Shown piece by piece: positions 9,064 to 18,970 of a stretch of 59,943 bases of DNA (positions are counted from its first letter, which is position 1; the number at the start of each line of letters is the position of its first letter). The position numbers and the translations under genes were made by a program. Origin of the DNA: an uncultured Syntrophus sp. (GTDB lineage Bacteria > Desulfobacterota > Syntrophorhabdia > Syntrophorhabdales > Syntrophorhabdaceae); assembly GCA_964472475.1 (NCBI GenBank), contig CAYYLU010000003.1:1-59943 (forward strand), given 5' to 3'. The notes beneath the pieces were generated by a model. That model was not told the DNA's origin. It saw only the letters and a list, made by a program, of their open reading frames with translations, and did not search any database.

Positions 9064-10623
9064 CTATGGATCGAGAAAGTCTTTTCCTTCCTTGTATCGC
9101 AGGATTTGAAAGGATAAGTAAAGCAGGAGGAGCTGTTTACTATCGTTAAAATTGATATTTGCAACCGATTTGATCTTGTCTATCCTGTACTTCAGCGTAT
9201 TTCTGTGTATGTTCAACGCCGAGATGACGCCCGACGGGTTGTTGACGTTCTCGAGATATTGATAAAGGAACTTCAGGTAGCTGCTCTTGTTTTTTCTATC
9301 GTATTCTTTCAGAAGAAAAATGGAAGGGTGACAGAATTGATACAAATTCTGCTGATCGGAGCAGGTAGAGAGCATATGTTCAAACAGGTAATCGTGGTAT
9401 TGATACAGCACCCTCTCCCCATACATGTGCAACCCGAGTTCAATAGCCTTCAAGGATTGCTTGTAGTACCTGTGCGTTTCAGTCAGAGTTGAAAAACCGC
9501 TGCTAAGGCCTGCCGCCATGCCATTCTCCGCAAGAAACACAATGAGTTTTTGTACCAGTTCGGGTGCAAAGGGCTCTTCATTGTCACAGCTGATTATGAT
9601 CACGATGTGCTTTTCGTAGATCAGAGCAGTACCGCCGGAGATGATGCGGCTCAAGTAATCTTTCATAAAGAACTTGGGCATGTTCGAGGAATCGGTATCG
9701 CTGAATGCGACAGTCATTATATAAAGCCTGTTCCCGAATTTACAATCCAGATACCTGAGGCGCTCCCGAATCTCCTCCGGTTCGCGCAGTTTCCCTGCCA
9801 GAAGGTCTTTGATGAAACCCTCATTTCTCAGTCCATTATATAAGTTTCCGTCCTTCTGCATCTCGAGCGATACGGCATCTGCAATCAGCTGCACGAGTTC
9901 GATGTCTTCATCTGAAAAATTATTCTCGAGCGCGAGCACAACCAGGTGGCCTACGATCGTATCCCCGACAGTAATCTTTGACCAGACTCTCGAAGTTCCC
10001 GGTCGTCGGTCACTCTTGAAAAGAACCGGGGAAGAGCTGGCACTGAGTCTCTCGAAGGCTCTGACATTCATCATTTTTCTTACGTCCTCGTAGGTGTGGT
10101 AACCTTTCTTCACCAGACTGTTCCAGACCATGTCGTCCACCTTCACGTTCCTCGTATGTACGAGCAACTTAAGACTGGTGTCTCTGACGAACATGGGCTT
10201 CGCGATCAGAACCGAACCAATGTCGACTACGTTCTGTATGCCTTTACCCTGTACGAGAGACGCGAGCAATCTTGCGGACCCGGTGAGATACCTTGCTTCT
10301 GAAGATAGGATGTCCTGAACGGTGTTGAACAACAGGGCCAGTGATGTTCCGGTAACCAATAGTATATTGGGCTTCCGGATATCCGGTGGTGGGGCCGCGT
10401 GGTGAGGGTTAATAAGCAGCGCAAAGCTGCATTTGTCAAAATTCCCGGCGTCTGGTGGGAATTCGGAGACCCTGCCTATATACAGGACGCCCGGTTCAAA
10501 GGAGACTATCTCTCTCTGCAGTAGCTTTGCGCAATTGATTTCCGTATTCAGCAGGGAATGCTTGTGAACTAGGGAACACTTGCCCCTGAGTCTCTCCGCA
10601 ACAATATCAAGAGTAATTCTCAT
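9064..10623 (-). CDS. PucR/CdaR-family transcriptional regulator
   Basis: The C-terminal helix-turn-helix ALNIHRNTLKYRIDKI is typical of PucR_C, preceded by a long sensory N-terminal region. Start taken at the ATG at 10623 (MRITLDIV); the ORF is open to 10680. Confidence 0.7.
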   Translation of the reverse strand: MRITLDIVAERLRGKCSLVHKHSLLNTEINCAKLLQREIVSFEPGVLYIGRVSEFPPDAGNFDKCSFALLINPHHAAPPPDIRKPNILLVTGTSLALLFNTVQDILSSEARYLTGSARLLASLVQGKGIQNVVDIGSVLIAKPMFVRDTSLKLLVHTRNVKVDDMVWNSLVKKGYHTYEDVRKMMNVRAFERLSASSSPVLFKSDRRPGTSRVWSKITVGDTIVGHLVVLALENNFSDEDIELVQLIADAVSLEMQKDGNLYNGLRNEGFIKDLLAGKLREPEEIRERLRYLDCKFGNRLYIMTVAFSDTDSSNMPKFFMKDYLSRIISGGTALIYEKHIVIIISCDNEEPFAPELVQKLIVFLAENGMAAGLSSGFSTLTETHRYYKQSLKAIELGLHMYGERVLYQYHDYLFEHMLSTCSDQQNLYQFCHPSIFLLKEYDRKNKSSYLKFLYQYLENVNNPSGVISALNIHRNTLKYRIDKIKSVANINFNDSKQLLLLYLSFQILRYKEGKDFLDP

Positions 10624-10803
10624 GACCGAAACCGCGGTATATGTCAGTGTGCACGAAAAATGATTCGTGCAATTGTGCACCTTCGAGCTTGTATCATACA
10701 GGATATGCGAATGCTTTTCTACAAGAATCTAGAAGGGAGATGTCCTCACTTGACAGAGACGGGTATACTTTGAGAAAATTAATCGATTGATTAATTACCC
10801 GGG

Positions 10804-11712
10804 ATGAACTGTAATAGCATGATGAGACGGCAGCTGCTCGTACTGTTTTGTATATTATGGATTACAGCCTGTGACAATACCGACGTAGTGACTGCGGTAG
10901 GCAGTGGGATTGATGCTGTTAAAGCTGTAACACTTTCTGATGAGGATGTCCTTAGCATAGCCTCAAAATCTGCTGAGCTTTCCGACAACAAACATCACAT
11001 TGCCCCGCCTGACAGTGAATATTCGGTGAGGCTCAACAGGACAATGGGCCGGAATGTAAAAGACGGCGGTGTTGAATTCAACCATGCTGTTTACATGATA
11101 AACGAGGCAAATGCTTTTGCAATGGCTGACGGGTCCATCCGGATCTACAGCGGCCTTATGGATATGTTGAATGATGAGGAGTTGCGATTTGTTGTGGGGC
11201 ATGAAATGGGCCATGTTCTGAAAAAGCATATACGAAAACAAATACAGCTGGCTTATGCCGCAAGCGCTGTTCGGAAAGGCATAGCATCACAGAACAGTAC
11301 TGCCGGTGAATTGGCCCGGTCTGTATTCGGGAGCCTTGCGGAGTCGTTGATGAATGCAAAATTCTCTCAGCTCGAAGAGAAGGAAGCAGACGATTATGGG
11401 TTGTTGTTCTTGAAAAGGAACAACTCGAAACCACAGCATGCCGTTTCCGCCCTGAAGAAACTCGCAAGGCTCGGCAAAGGCCATTCTTTTCTCTCGAGCC
11501 ATCCTGATCCGGACAGGAGGGCAGAAAGGCTACAGGCCCAAATTGAAGGGCGTGCATCGTCCATAGAAGAGAACAGGCGAAGTATTATAAGCAGGATCAA
11601 GGTTTTCATGGAAAACATATTCACGTTCATCAAAGATAAACTTCCCTGGTTCTCAGGGGCCCAACCGATTATGCAAATTGCGTCTCAAAGAACAGGAGAA
11701 AGCACATCATGA
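10804..11712 (+). CDS. M48-family zinc metallopeptidase, lipoprotein
   Basis: Signal peptide with lipobox (LWITAC). HEMGH zinc motif and a downstream EADDYG region. Confidence 0.8.
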   Translation: MNCNSMMRRQLLVLFCILWITACDNTDVVTAVGSGIDAVKAVTLSDEDVLSIASKSAELSDNKHHIAPPDSEYSVRLNRTMGRNVKDGGVEFNHAVYMINEANAFAMADGSIRIYSGLMDMLNDEELRFVVGHEMGHVLKKHIRKQIQLAYAASAVRKGIASQNSTAGELARSVFGSLAESLMNAKFSQLEEKEADDYGLLFLKRNNSKPQHAVSALKKLARLGKGHSFLSSHPDPDRRAERLQAQIEGRASSIEENRRSIISRIKVFMENIFTFIKDKLPWFSGAQPIMQIASQRTGESTS

Positions 11713-12602
11713 AATGCATCATTGTCTATTTCTCTCTTACGGGGAGTACAAGAAAAATAGCGAAAGCCATTCGCACTGGCGTAGAACATGTTTTTGGAAC
11801 GTGCGATCTTGTCAAATTGGCGGATGTCGATCCGGAAAGCCTCGGCAATTACGATCTAATCGGCATAGGCAGCCCTGTCTGGGGTGGACCTCCAAAACAG
11901 CTGGAATGGTTTGTCGATAGCCTGCCTGATCTGAAGGGAAAATACGTGTTTGCCTTCTGCTCGCATGGTGCAAAAGGAGAGAGATTTTTTCCAATCCTGC
12001 TTAAATTGCTAAAACGAAAAGGATTGAGAGCGATCGGTGTCTGTGATTGGTATGGGACCGTGAACCTTCCAATGATGCCAAAACCATATTTCACGGAAGG
12101 CCACCCGGATGAGATCGACCTTGCGCAGGCGGAGAGGTTTGGAAAAGAAATGGCGGAACTTCGGTTGAGGATAAGAAAAGAAGGCGCCGGCATCATACCA
12201 GGGTTCCCGAAGATGTCATTACCGCCCCGTTCGAGACTAAAAAGACCAAGGCCGAAATATGATCGCAGCAAATGCGTATATCCCTCATGTACCCTTTGCG
12301 TTGATTGCTGCCCCGTGCACGGCATAGATCTGAAGGCGGATCCGATAGTCTTTGGCAGAGACTGCCACACCTGTCATTTCTGTGAGATGATTTGCCCCGA
12401 GGGGGCCATCAGTGTTGACTATGAATCCTTTGTGAAGAAAGGCCATCGACGAGGGAAAACCGTATATGTAAGCAGTCTGGAAAAAGCTCAGGCTGAAGGG
12501 ATTTTCAGACCGCTTGTGCCGCTTCAGAGCATCCGGTGGGACATGCCTTACTATAAGATCTTCAACAAGCATCCTCGCTACATAATTCTCGACGAAGAAT
12601 GA
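11709..12602 (+). CDS. Flavodoxin-like domain fused to a 2x[4Fe-4S] ferredoxin domain (EFR1-like)
   Basis: N-terminus MKCIIVYFSLTGSTRKIA (flavodoxin-like). C-terminal CTLCVDCCP and CHTCHFCEMICP cluster motifs. ATGA overlap with the M48 gene. Confidence 0.75.
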   Translation: MKCIIVYFSLTGSTRKIAKAIRTGVEHVFGTCDLVKLADVDPESLGNYDLIGIGSPVWGGPPKQLEWFVDSLPDLKGKYVFAFCSHGAKGERFFPILLKLLKRKGLRAIGVCDWYGTVNLPMMPKPYFTEGHPDEIDLAQAERFGKEMAELRLRIRKEGAGIIPGFPKMSLPPRSRLKRPRPKYDRSKCVYPSCTLCVDCCPVHGIDLKADPIVFGRDCHTCHFCEMICPEGAISVDYESFVKKGHRRGKTVYVSSLEKAQAEGIFRPLVPLQSIRWDMPYYKIFNKHPRYIILDEE

Positions 12603-12845
12603 GAAATATCCGGCAGACGGCGCATTCTCTGTATTATTCATTCAAAAACAAGGTCATTTTCTGAGTCCGGCGAGTGCGCACAGCGAACCATCAGTTCGGC
12701 GATGCTGATTCATTTTGAGTACACCTGCTTCGGGTAAGCGTCTGCGCGTGGTTCCCTGCCGGGGTTTTCATCTATGATTTAGAAGTGAAATGAGTTTTGA
12801 AGACGTACAGAAGACTCTTCAGCAGCCTCGGTTCGGAAATTTGCT

Positions 12846-14072
12846 TCATGTTCTTTTGAATCCCCATCTGTCAAAAAACTGTTCAATCTTAAATTTTACG
12901 CACAGCGGGAGTACTTTTCTTATCAACTCTTTTTTCATATTTTCATAAGCCATGTTGCCGATACAGTAATCCGTCAGGACCTTTTTTACGTCCGGCTTGT
13001 CATTAGCAATCTTAACGATGTTTTCCACTATAGCGGGCCTGTTCAGGACTATGCGGCTGATCTGGCTGGCCCTTCCAAGTTCAACACCTATTTCTTTCTT
13101 CCAAAGTTTCTGATACTTCATCAACGTTTTTTCGCTCAAGTCATTCTGCTTGAGTGCCGTACAGAGTACTGAAGCGGCGATTTCACCGCTTATCATAGCG
13201 TAATAGATTCCTTCACCGGTAAAAGAGTTTACGAAACCTCCAGCATCTCCGCAAAGAAGGACCCTGTCCGAATACGTCTTAGGCAACGGGCCGCCTGCCG
13301 GAAGAATTGCGCTAACGAACCTGTCATGCGCAAATGTATTGGAGACGACCCCCTGTTTCTTGAGTTCTTGAACATAATTCTTCCACAGTTCTTTAATATT
13401 GATCCGCCTGTGCGCAATGATACCGATACCCACGTTTATACATCTCTTCTTCGGGAACACCCAACCGTATCCGGCGGAACGTCCGTAATCATAAAATATA
13501 CACATAGTATCCTGTTCCATTATTTCTGCGGGTTCTTCCGCTACTTCGCTGACCAGGCAAACAGCAATCTTATTCTCGGGTGCTTTGATCCGAAGAGCGG
13601 TTGACCTTGCCGTCAAGCCGTTGATGCCATCTGCTCCTATGATTGCCCTCGCCGTTAGTATTGACCCATCTTTCAAAGTGACTTCGGCTCGATCGCTGTC
13701 TATTCTCATTTGCACTACCTTGGCGGAAGATATAACAGTAGCCCCTGATTCCGTGCACTTGTTTGTGAGCATCGCATCAAAATGGGATCTCTCTACCATC
13801 AGACAATCTGCGGAACTTTTGAGTACCTTGAGGGCGGGGGAATACAACGTGACTTCAGAAGTTTTGTGGATTGCCATTTTTTCGATTTCGGTTTTCAGGT
13901 AAGGAAATCTGGTCAGTATTCGTGGTGTAAGACCACCACCGCAGATTTTGTCGCGTGATATTTCATCTTTTTCAACTACGATCACTCTATAACCGGCTCT
14001 GGACAAGTTGATACCAGCAACCGATCCGGCAGGGCCGGCACCCACTACCACCACATCATACCGATTCGACAT
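12846..14072 (-). CDS. Geranylgeranyl reductase-family FAD-dependent oxidoreductase
   Basis: N-terminal YDVVVVGAGPAGS...VVEKD dinucleotide fold, CGGGL and GDAGGF motifs, 408 aa. Confidence 0.8.
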   Translation of the reverse strand: MSNRYDVVVVGAGPAGSVAGINLSRAGYRVIVVEKDEISRDKICGGGLTPRILTRFPYLKTEIEKMAIHKTSEVTLYSPALKVLKSSADCLMVERSHFDAMLTNKCTESGATVISSAKVVQMRIDSDRAEVTLKDGSILTARAIIGADGINGLTARSTALRIKAPENKIAVCLVSEVAEEPAEIMEQDTMCIFYDYGRSAGYGWVFPKKRCINVGIGIIAHRRINIKELWKNYVQELKKQGVVSNTFAHDRFVSAILPAGGPLPKTYSDRVLLCGDAGGFVNSFTGEGIYYAMISGEIAASVLCTALKQNDLSEKTLMKYQKLWKKEIGVELGRASQISRIVLNRPAIVENIVKIANDKPDVKKVLTDYCIGNMAYENMKKELIRKVLPLCVKFKIEQFFDRWGFKRT

Positions 14073-14397
14073 AGAACCTTCCGCAGGAAATTGTCACACA
14101 AAGAACGACTCTATATTAATTACTTGGATAAACAACTTCAACTGTTATCATTATCTCTCGTCATCGATTTCGTGGGACTGGGTATTTTCGTCAGCATAAC
14201 TGCCGTTGGTGAAACAGGCTGCACACTTGTCAATGGAGCCTTGACAGGATAATTGCGCGGGGTTGCCAACGACTAACGTGGTGTGACATCAGCCGGTATC
14301 CCGTTGGTCAACCAAGAACCGGCAGCCTGCTCTTTTAAGGATTACGGGGAATGCATGCATTTTACGTGACGACGGGTGATTCTCGGTTCGTGATAAA

Positions 14398-14884
14398 ATG
14401 AGGAACGACATTGTGTTCAAAAGAAGAAATAGATTAGTAGAAGTGCTGCTCGCCTTCGCAGCATGCCTCGTTTTCGTAGGCTGTACCACTGTTAAGATGT
14501 ATTCTGGTCCGGATTTACCTGCTGACCAGGTTGCGATAATCGAGAGCGCCGATCTTTCCGTGACAATAGGGTTGTGATGGTAAACCGACAAGCCATTCGC
14601 GCATTGCCGTTTTACCAGGTGAACATGTGATAGAAATGTCTTTTTACGACCGTGTGCCGGGATACTGGACGTATTGGTCCGCAAATAACCCGGTCTTCTC
14701 TTTTGTTGCTCAGAAAGGACATACATATTCTGCCGGTTGGAGAATCTCTCTCGATGACTACAGCACGTATATTGTCGTTCTCACAGACAGGACGACCGGT
14801 GTTCGCGTTCCGCATACCTCCGAATCGCTGCCGCAGCTCTTGGGTATGTACAATGAATCGGGACTTCCAGTGAGATCACCATGA
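14398..14884 (+). pseudogene. Small lipoprotein gene interrupted by a +1 frameshift near 14570
   Basis: Frame 1 (ATG 14398) encodes a signal peptide with lipobox (LVFVGC) and stops at TGA 14575, followed by TGG TAA. The +1 frame continues as GCDGKPTSHSRIAVLPGEHVIEMSFYD...AQKGHTYSAGW through ORF 14627..14884. One indel joins both parts into a ~160-aa protein. Confidence 0.5.
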
Positions 14885-15220
14885 GTGAGACTATCATGCC
14901 GGAAAGTTCCTCATTTCAACGTATCACCGACATTTTCACAGCGTTCTTACGTAATCCATCGCATGTCAGCTCTATATCCTATGATTCTGGCCGGCTGTGG
15001 TTGACCCGGCTTTCCCTCGCGTGTTGTTATGCCCGAATGTTCAGCAGACGTGACTGTTGATTACGAACCTGAGGAAAACAAAGTGACCGGGCCTTGTATC
15101 AACGTGAGAATCATGAACATATCTATCGCGTTACACCGGCGACTAAGGAGATCTTGAATGATCGAGCGAAGAAGGATAGAATAGACGTGGCTGTATCAAG
15201 AGACGCGATACCGTATTCGT

Positions 15221-16618
15221 ATGAATGAACGAAAGAAGAAGATCGGCAATCCCTTGTGGCTCCTAATGAGCTCGGTCAAGCTCACCATCGTAATTCTTGT
15301 GCTGATCGCCGCAACCTCCATTGTGGGCACCCTCATACCACAGGGCAACGAAGCCTCCACATTTATGCAGCATCTGAACCCCATTAGCGCTCGTCTCTTC
15401 ATGAGATTCGGCTTACTCGACATGTATCATTCTTTTTGGTTCCGACTGCTCATTCTAGCCCTTGCCTTGAACCTCTTCGTCTGTTCGGTCAAAAGGTTCC
15501 CCGTTTCTCTGGCACTATTTCGAACGAGGTCAAAAGTAGATGCTACCCCCGAATCAAAGACCAGAATCGAAAAAGATATATTACCACACATCCAACCCTC
15601 AGATGTTGCATCTGCCGGATATGAGCTGCTGAGAAGCAACTTCAGGGTCGTACAAAAGACCGAAAGAGAACCGGGCGTCCATATTTTACACGCTGAAAAG
15701 GGCCGTTATTCCTACTTTTGGGTGTACCTTGTCCACTGCAGTATATTGATGATACTGCTGGGTGCCTTCATCGGCTCTATTACAGGCTTTGAGGGTTACA
15801 TGACCATTCTTGAGGGAGAAACCGCAAACACTTTCACGCTCAAGAACAGCAACGTGGAAAGAGCCCTGCCTTTTTCCGTCAAGCTTGAGAAATTCAGTGT
15901 CTCATTTTATGAAAACGGAAGCCCGAAAGAATACCGTTCCGATCTGTCCTTTATGCAAAATGGGCAGCCGGCAGAGCCAAGAAAACTTCTTGTGAATCGA
16001 CCTGCAAAGTACAAAGGCATCTCATTCTATCAGTCGAATTACGGAAGTATTCCTGCGAGCCGCGTGCAAATTGCCATAAACAGAAGCAGCAACGCGCAAC
16101 CTGTGTATCTTGAGATGCGAGATGGTGTTGATTACATCCTGCCCGGCAGCGACAGTAAAATCTCACTTATTGACGTACAGCCCGATTTCATGCGCATCGG
16201 CCCTGCCGTTAAGCTCTCAATCAAACCGAAGGATAAGGATGAACTGCAGATCTGGATATTTAAAAATCAGCGTATTATCGATCAGATGTATCCCGGTTTT
16301 TTCGAACAATCGCCAAAATTCAACCCTGCCGCTTACAAGCCGTATACGTTCCAGCTTCAGAATATGGAAACAGTATTCTTTACTGGACTGCAGGTTAGTA
16401 AGGATCCGGGTGTGATTTTTATCTGGCTCGGTTTTTCAATGCTTGTAGCAGGTTTGTTTCTCACGTTCTTTGTTCCATTCAAGAGGGTCTGGATCACCAT
16501 AAACAGTTCCTCGTCAGGGGCAACCGTCACAATCGCCGGTAGAGTAAGCAAAAACGTTTTAGGTCTGGAAAAGGAATTGGAGTTTTATTCCACAGAACTG
16601 GAGAAATTCACATCATGA
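15221..16618 (+). CDS. resB: Cytochrome c biogenesis protein ResB/Ccs1 (system II)
   Basis: N-terminus LWLLMSSVKLTIVILVLIAATSIVGTLIPQG, a large periplasmic loop and a C-terminal TM segment. Overlaps ccsA (ATGA). Confidence 0.85.
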   Translation: MNERKKKIGNPLWLLMSSVKLTIVILVLIAATSIVGTLIPQGNEASTFMQHLNPISARLFMRFGLLDMYHSFWFRLLILALALNLFVCSVKRFPVSLALFRTRSKVDATPESKTRIEKDILPHIQPSDVASAGYELLRSNFRVVQKTEREPGVHILHAEKGRYSYFWVYLVHCSILMILLGAFIGSITGFEGYMTILEGETANTFTLKNSNVERALPFSVKLEKFSVSFYENGSPKEYRSDLSFMQNGQPAEPRKLLVNRPAKYKGISFYQSNYGSIPASRVQIAINRSSNAQPVYLEMRDGVDYILPGSDSKISLIDVQPDFMRIGPAVKLSIKPKDKDELQIWIFKNQRIIDQMYPGFFEQSPKFNPAAYKPYTFQLQNMETVFFTGLQVSKDPGVIFIWLGFSMLVAGLFLTFFVPFKRVWITINSSSSGATVTIAGRVSKNVLGLEKELEFYSTELEKFTS

Positions 16619-17457
16619 CCAGCTCTCTTATTCTCAGCTATGCAACATTTGCTTACTTTTTTGTTTTCCTTATGTATCTCCTTTCGGCTGTCTTAGCAAA
16701 AGATGTCCCCGGTCGAATCGGAAGCCGGATACTTTTCATCACTCTTTCAGCACACACGATCGCCATGCTGTTAAGGTGGTATGAGTCGTATCAACTGGGT
16801 GTTGGCCATGCGCCTCTTTCAAACTTTTATGAGTCGCTGATATTCTTTGCATTGACGGTTGGCTGGCTATACGTGTTCATTGAACGACGCGCGAAGAGCA
16901 GGATTATAGCCCCGATTGTTATGCCTCTTGTGTTCCTTGCCATGGCATATGCATCTTTTTCCGAAGACGTGAACAGCGGCATTCAGCCCCTCCTGCCGGC
17001 TCTAAAAAGTAACTGGCTTATTGTGCATGTGATTACCTGTTTCATCGGGTACGCGGCGTTCACGATTGCGTTTGCTTTCAGCATCACCTACATATTTGCA
17101 ACATCGCGCCGCGGAAATAAAGAGAATCTACTCGCGCGACGTATCCAGTCCGCCCACATTCTTAACGAGCTCATGTACCAGATGACGGTTGTGGGATTTC
17201 TGATGCTTACAATCGGTATTATTACAGGATCTGTCTGGGCGCATTCTGCATGGGGTAGTTATTGGACGTGGGACCCGAAGGAGACGTGGTCTCTCATTAC
17301 ATGGCTTGTCTACGCGGCCATTCTTCATGCACGCATGTTGCGAGGCTGGCGCGGCAGAAAGCTTGCGGTGTTCTCAATCGTTGGTTTCTGCTGTGTTCTC
17401 TTTACATATTTTGGTGTGAATTACCTGCAGAGCCTGCACAGCTATGGGCTTCAATAG
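16615..17457 (+). CDS. ccsA: Cytochrome c biogenesis protein CcsA (system II haem exporter/lyase)
   Basis: Polytopic ORF with the WWD-type motif WGSYWTWDPKETWSLITW. Confidence 0.9.
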   Translation: MTSSLILSYATFAYFFVFLMYLLSAVLAKDVPGRIGSRILFITLSAHTIAMLLRWYESYQLGVGHAPLSNFYESLIFFALTVGWLYVFIERRAKSRIIAPIVMPLVFLAMAYASFSEDVNSGIQPLLPALKSNWLIVHVITCFIGYAAFTIAFAFSITYIFATSRRGNKENLLARRIQSAHILNELMYQMTVVGFLMLTIGIITGSVWAHSAWGSYWTWDPKETWSLITWLVYAAILHARMLRGWRGRKLAVFSIVGFCCVLFTYFGVNYLQSLHSYGLQ

Positions 17458-17495
17458 AATAAAACGCTTTTCCGCTATCATCTGGAGGAACAAAA

Positions 17496-18173
17496 ATGTT
17501 TAAAGTTGTATGCAGACTGGTTGCTTTCGACGGGGACACCGAGAATTTCCCCTGTCACTTTCATTACGAAATAGGGGACGAGATAACGTATGACGGGGTC
17601 TACTTTACGGGTAGAATCTGCCAGGGCCTTTTTCCCACCATGTTTCCCGTTGTCCATAATGTCCATCTCATGGGAAATCGATATCCGGCGGGGATTGCTT
17701 TCAAGTACCGCGCTCTTGACGTGGCGAATCCGGAAATGAAAAAATACGATGGGGTTGGTTTTTCTCCCAGAAAGGGGCTCCCTGACCGACTGCCGCCTTC
17801 GATGCGCACTCTCCACCCTTCACTGAAGAAAGATAAGATCAGAGGCATGCGCTTCGGTTGTCTTGATACGCGTACCCTGGCGCAGTTTTCATGTGAAGCA
17901 ACCGACTTGAGCGATGCGGATTATTGTCAACCCTTCTACAGAAGAGCTATTTCAATTTTGGACCGAATTGCAGCCCATCCTGGAATGGATGCAAAAGGAC
18001 TGCTGGAGAACTTTTCTGTATTTGAGCGTGAAGAAATATCACCGGTACTCACGATCCCGTTCATACAGGTGCTATTGAATGGACTGGAAGACGTAGGCTA
18101 TATAGAGTTGAGGGACGGAGACTCGGCATATGTAACCGGTAAAGAACCCCCGAGTAGACCTGTAATCGGTTAG
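17496..18173 (+). CDS. Hypothetical protein; N-terminal region resembles the TIGR04076 small Cys-containing domain
   Basis: 225-aa ORF. FPCHFHYEIGDEITYDG...ICQGLFPTMFPV resembles my recollection of TIGR04076 proteins. The assignment is weak. Confidence 0.5.
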   Translation: MFKVVCRLVAFDGDTENFPCHFHYEIGDEITYDGVYFTGRICQGLFPTMFPVVHNVHLMGNRYPAGIAFKYRALDVANPEMKKYDGVGFSPRKGLPDRLPPSMRTLHPSLKKDKIRGMRFGCLDTRTLAQFSCEATDLSDADYCQPFYRRAISILDRIAAHPGMDAKGLLENFSVFEREEISPVLTIPFIQVLLNGLEDVGYIELRDGDSAYVTGKEPPSRPVIG

Positions 18174-18192
18174 AAGCCGCGGGAAGCGCGCT

Positions 18193-18834
18193 ATGAATAA
18201 ATGGAAACTGCACGGCAAACCTGCACTGATTATAGTGCACATGCAGGAAGGCATTGCTGGTTCACTGATTTCGGACGATCGTGCCCGTGAAATCAGAGAA
18301 TCGGATCATATTCCTCGTCAACAGGCATTACTAGCCGCATTTCGCGTAAAACGACTACCTGTGATCTTTGTAAATGTTGATAATCCGGTAGATACGCCTG
18401 AGATTTATCCGGTATATGGAAGAATGTTCGACTTTATGCGAAAGCAGGCTGAGATGAGGAGATCAGGGGAAGACAATCTGAGGAGGCGCGACGTTATTCC
18501 TGAACTGGCACCCCGCGGCGGCGAACCTGTGCTGTTCAACCGGTTTTTAGGTGCTTTTACGCATTCGGGCTTGGATGAAACACTGAAAACGCATAGTGTC
18601 AGTACGTTGGTACTATTCGGAATGGCTTTGCATGTCGCAGTCTTCAACGCGACCATCCAGGCTGTCGACCTCTCTTACTCAGTCGTCGTCCCGCAGGACG
18701 CCTGTGTTCCGACCTTGAGCGCGAACTGTACACCAGATATGTTAATGATCCGGGCAGCATTTCTTGAAATGTTTTCCAGATACGCACTGGTCACAACAGC
18801 GGAAGACGTCATAGAACATCTCCGGGAGGGATGA
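18193..18834 (+). CDS. Isochorismatase/cysteine-hydrolase-family protein, apparently lacking the canonical Asp and Cys catalytic residues
   Basis: KPALIIVHMQEG (family usually has DMQN) and LVLFGMALHVAVFNATIQAVDLSYSVVVPQDAC (family usually has a CV at the AV position). Confidence 0.65.
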   Translation: MNKWKLHGKPALIIVHMQEGIAGSLISDDRAREIRESDHIPRQQALLAAFRVKRLPVIFVNVDNPVDTPEIYPVYGRMFDFMRKQAEMRRSGEDNLRRRDVIPELAPRGGEPVLFNRFLGAFTHSGLDETLKTHSVSTLVLFGMALHVAVFNATIQAVDLSYSVVVPQDACVPTLSANCTPDMLMIRAAFLEMFSRYALVTTAEDVIEHLREG

Positions 18835-18970
18835 CGGGTATCTGCGCGAGGCCGTGAAGAATGACGCCCTTGACGGATATAATAAACAGCGCAAAATGTT
18901 CTATTGCCCCTATTGTTGACTAGACCTCTTCGTGATTGCATGGGCGTAAGTCTCGTGCTAAGCTGATTCG

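Noticed and set aside
14575-14577. TGA in the small lipoprotein gene as a selenocysteine codon
   Set aside because: It is followed two codons later by TAA in the same frame, and the homologous sequence continues in the +1 frame. A frameshift explains it better.
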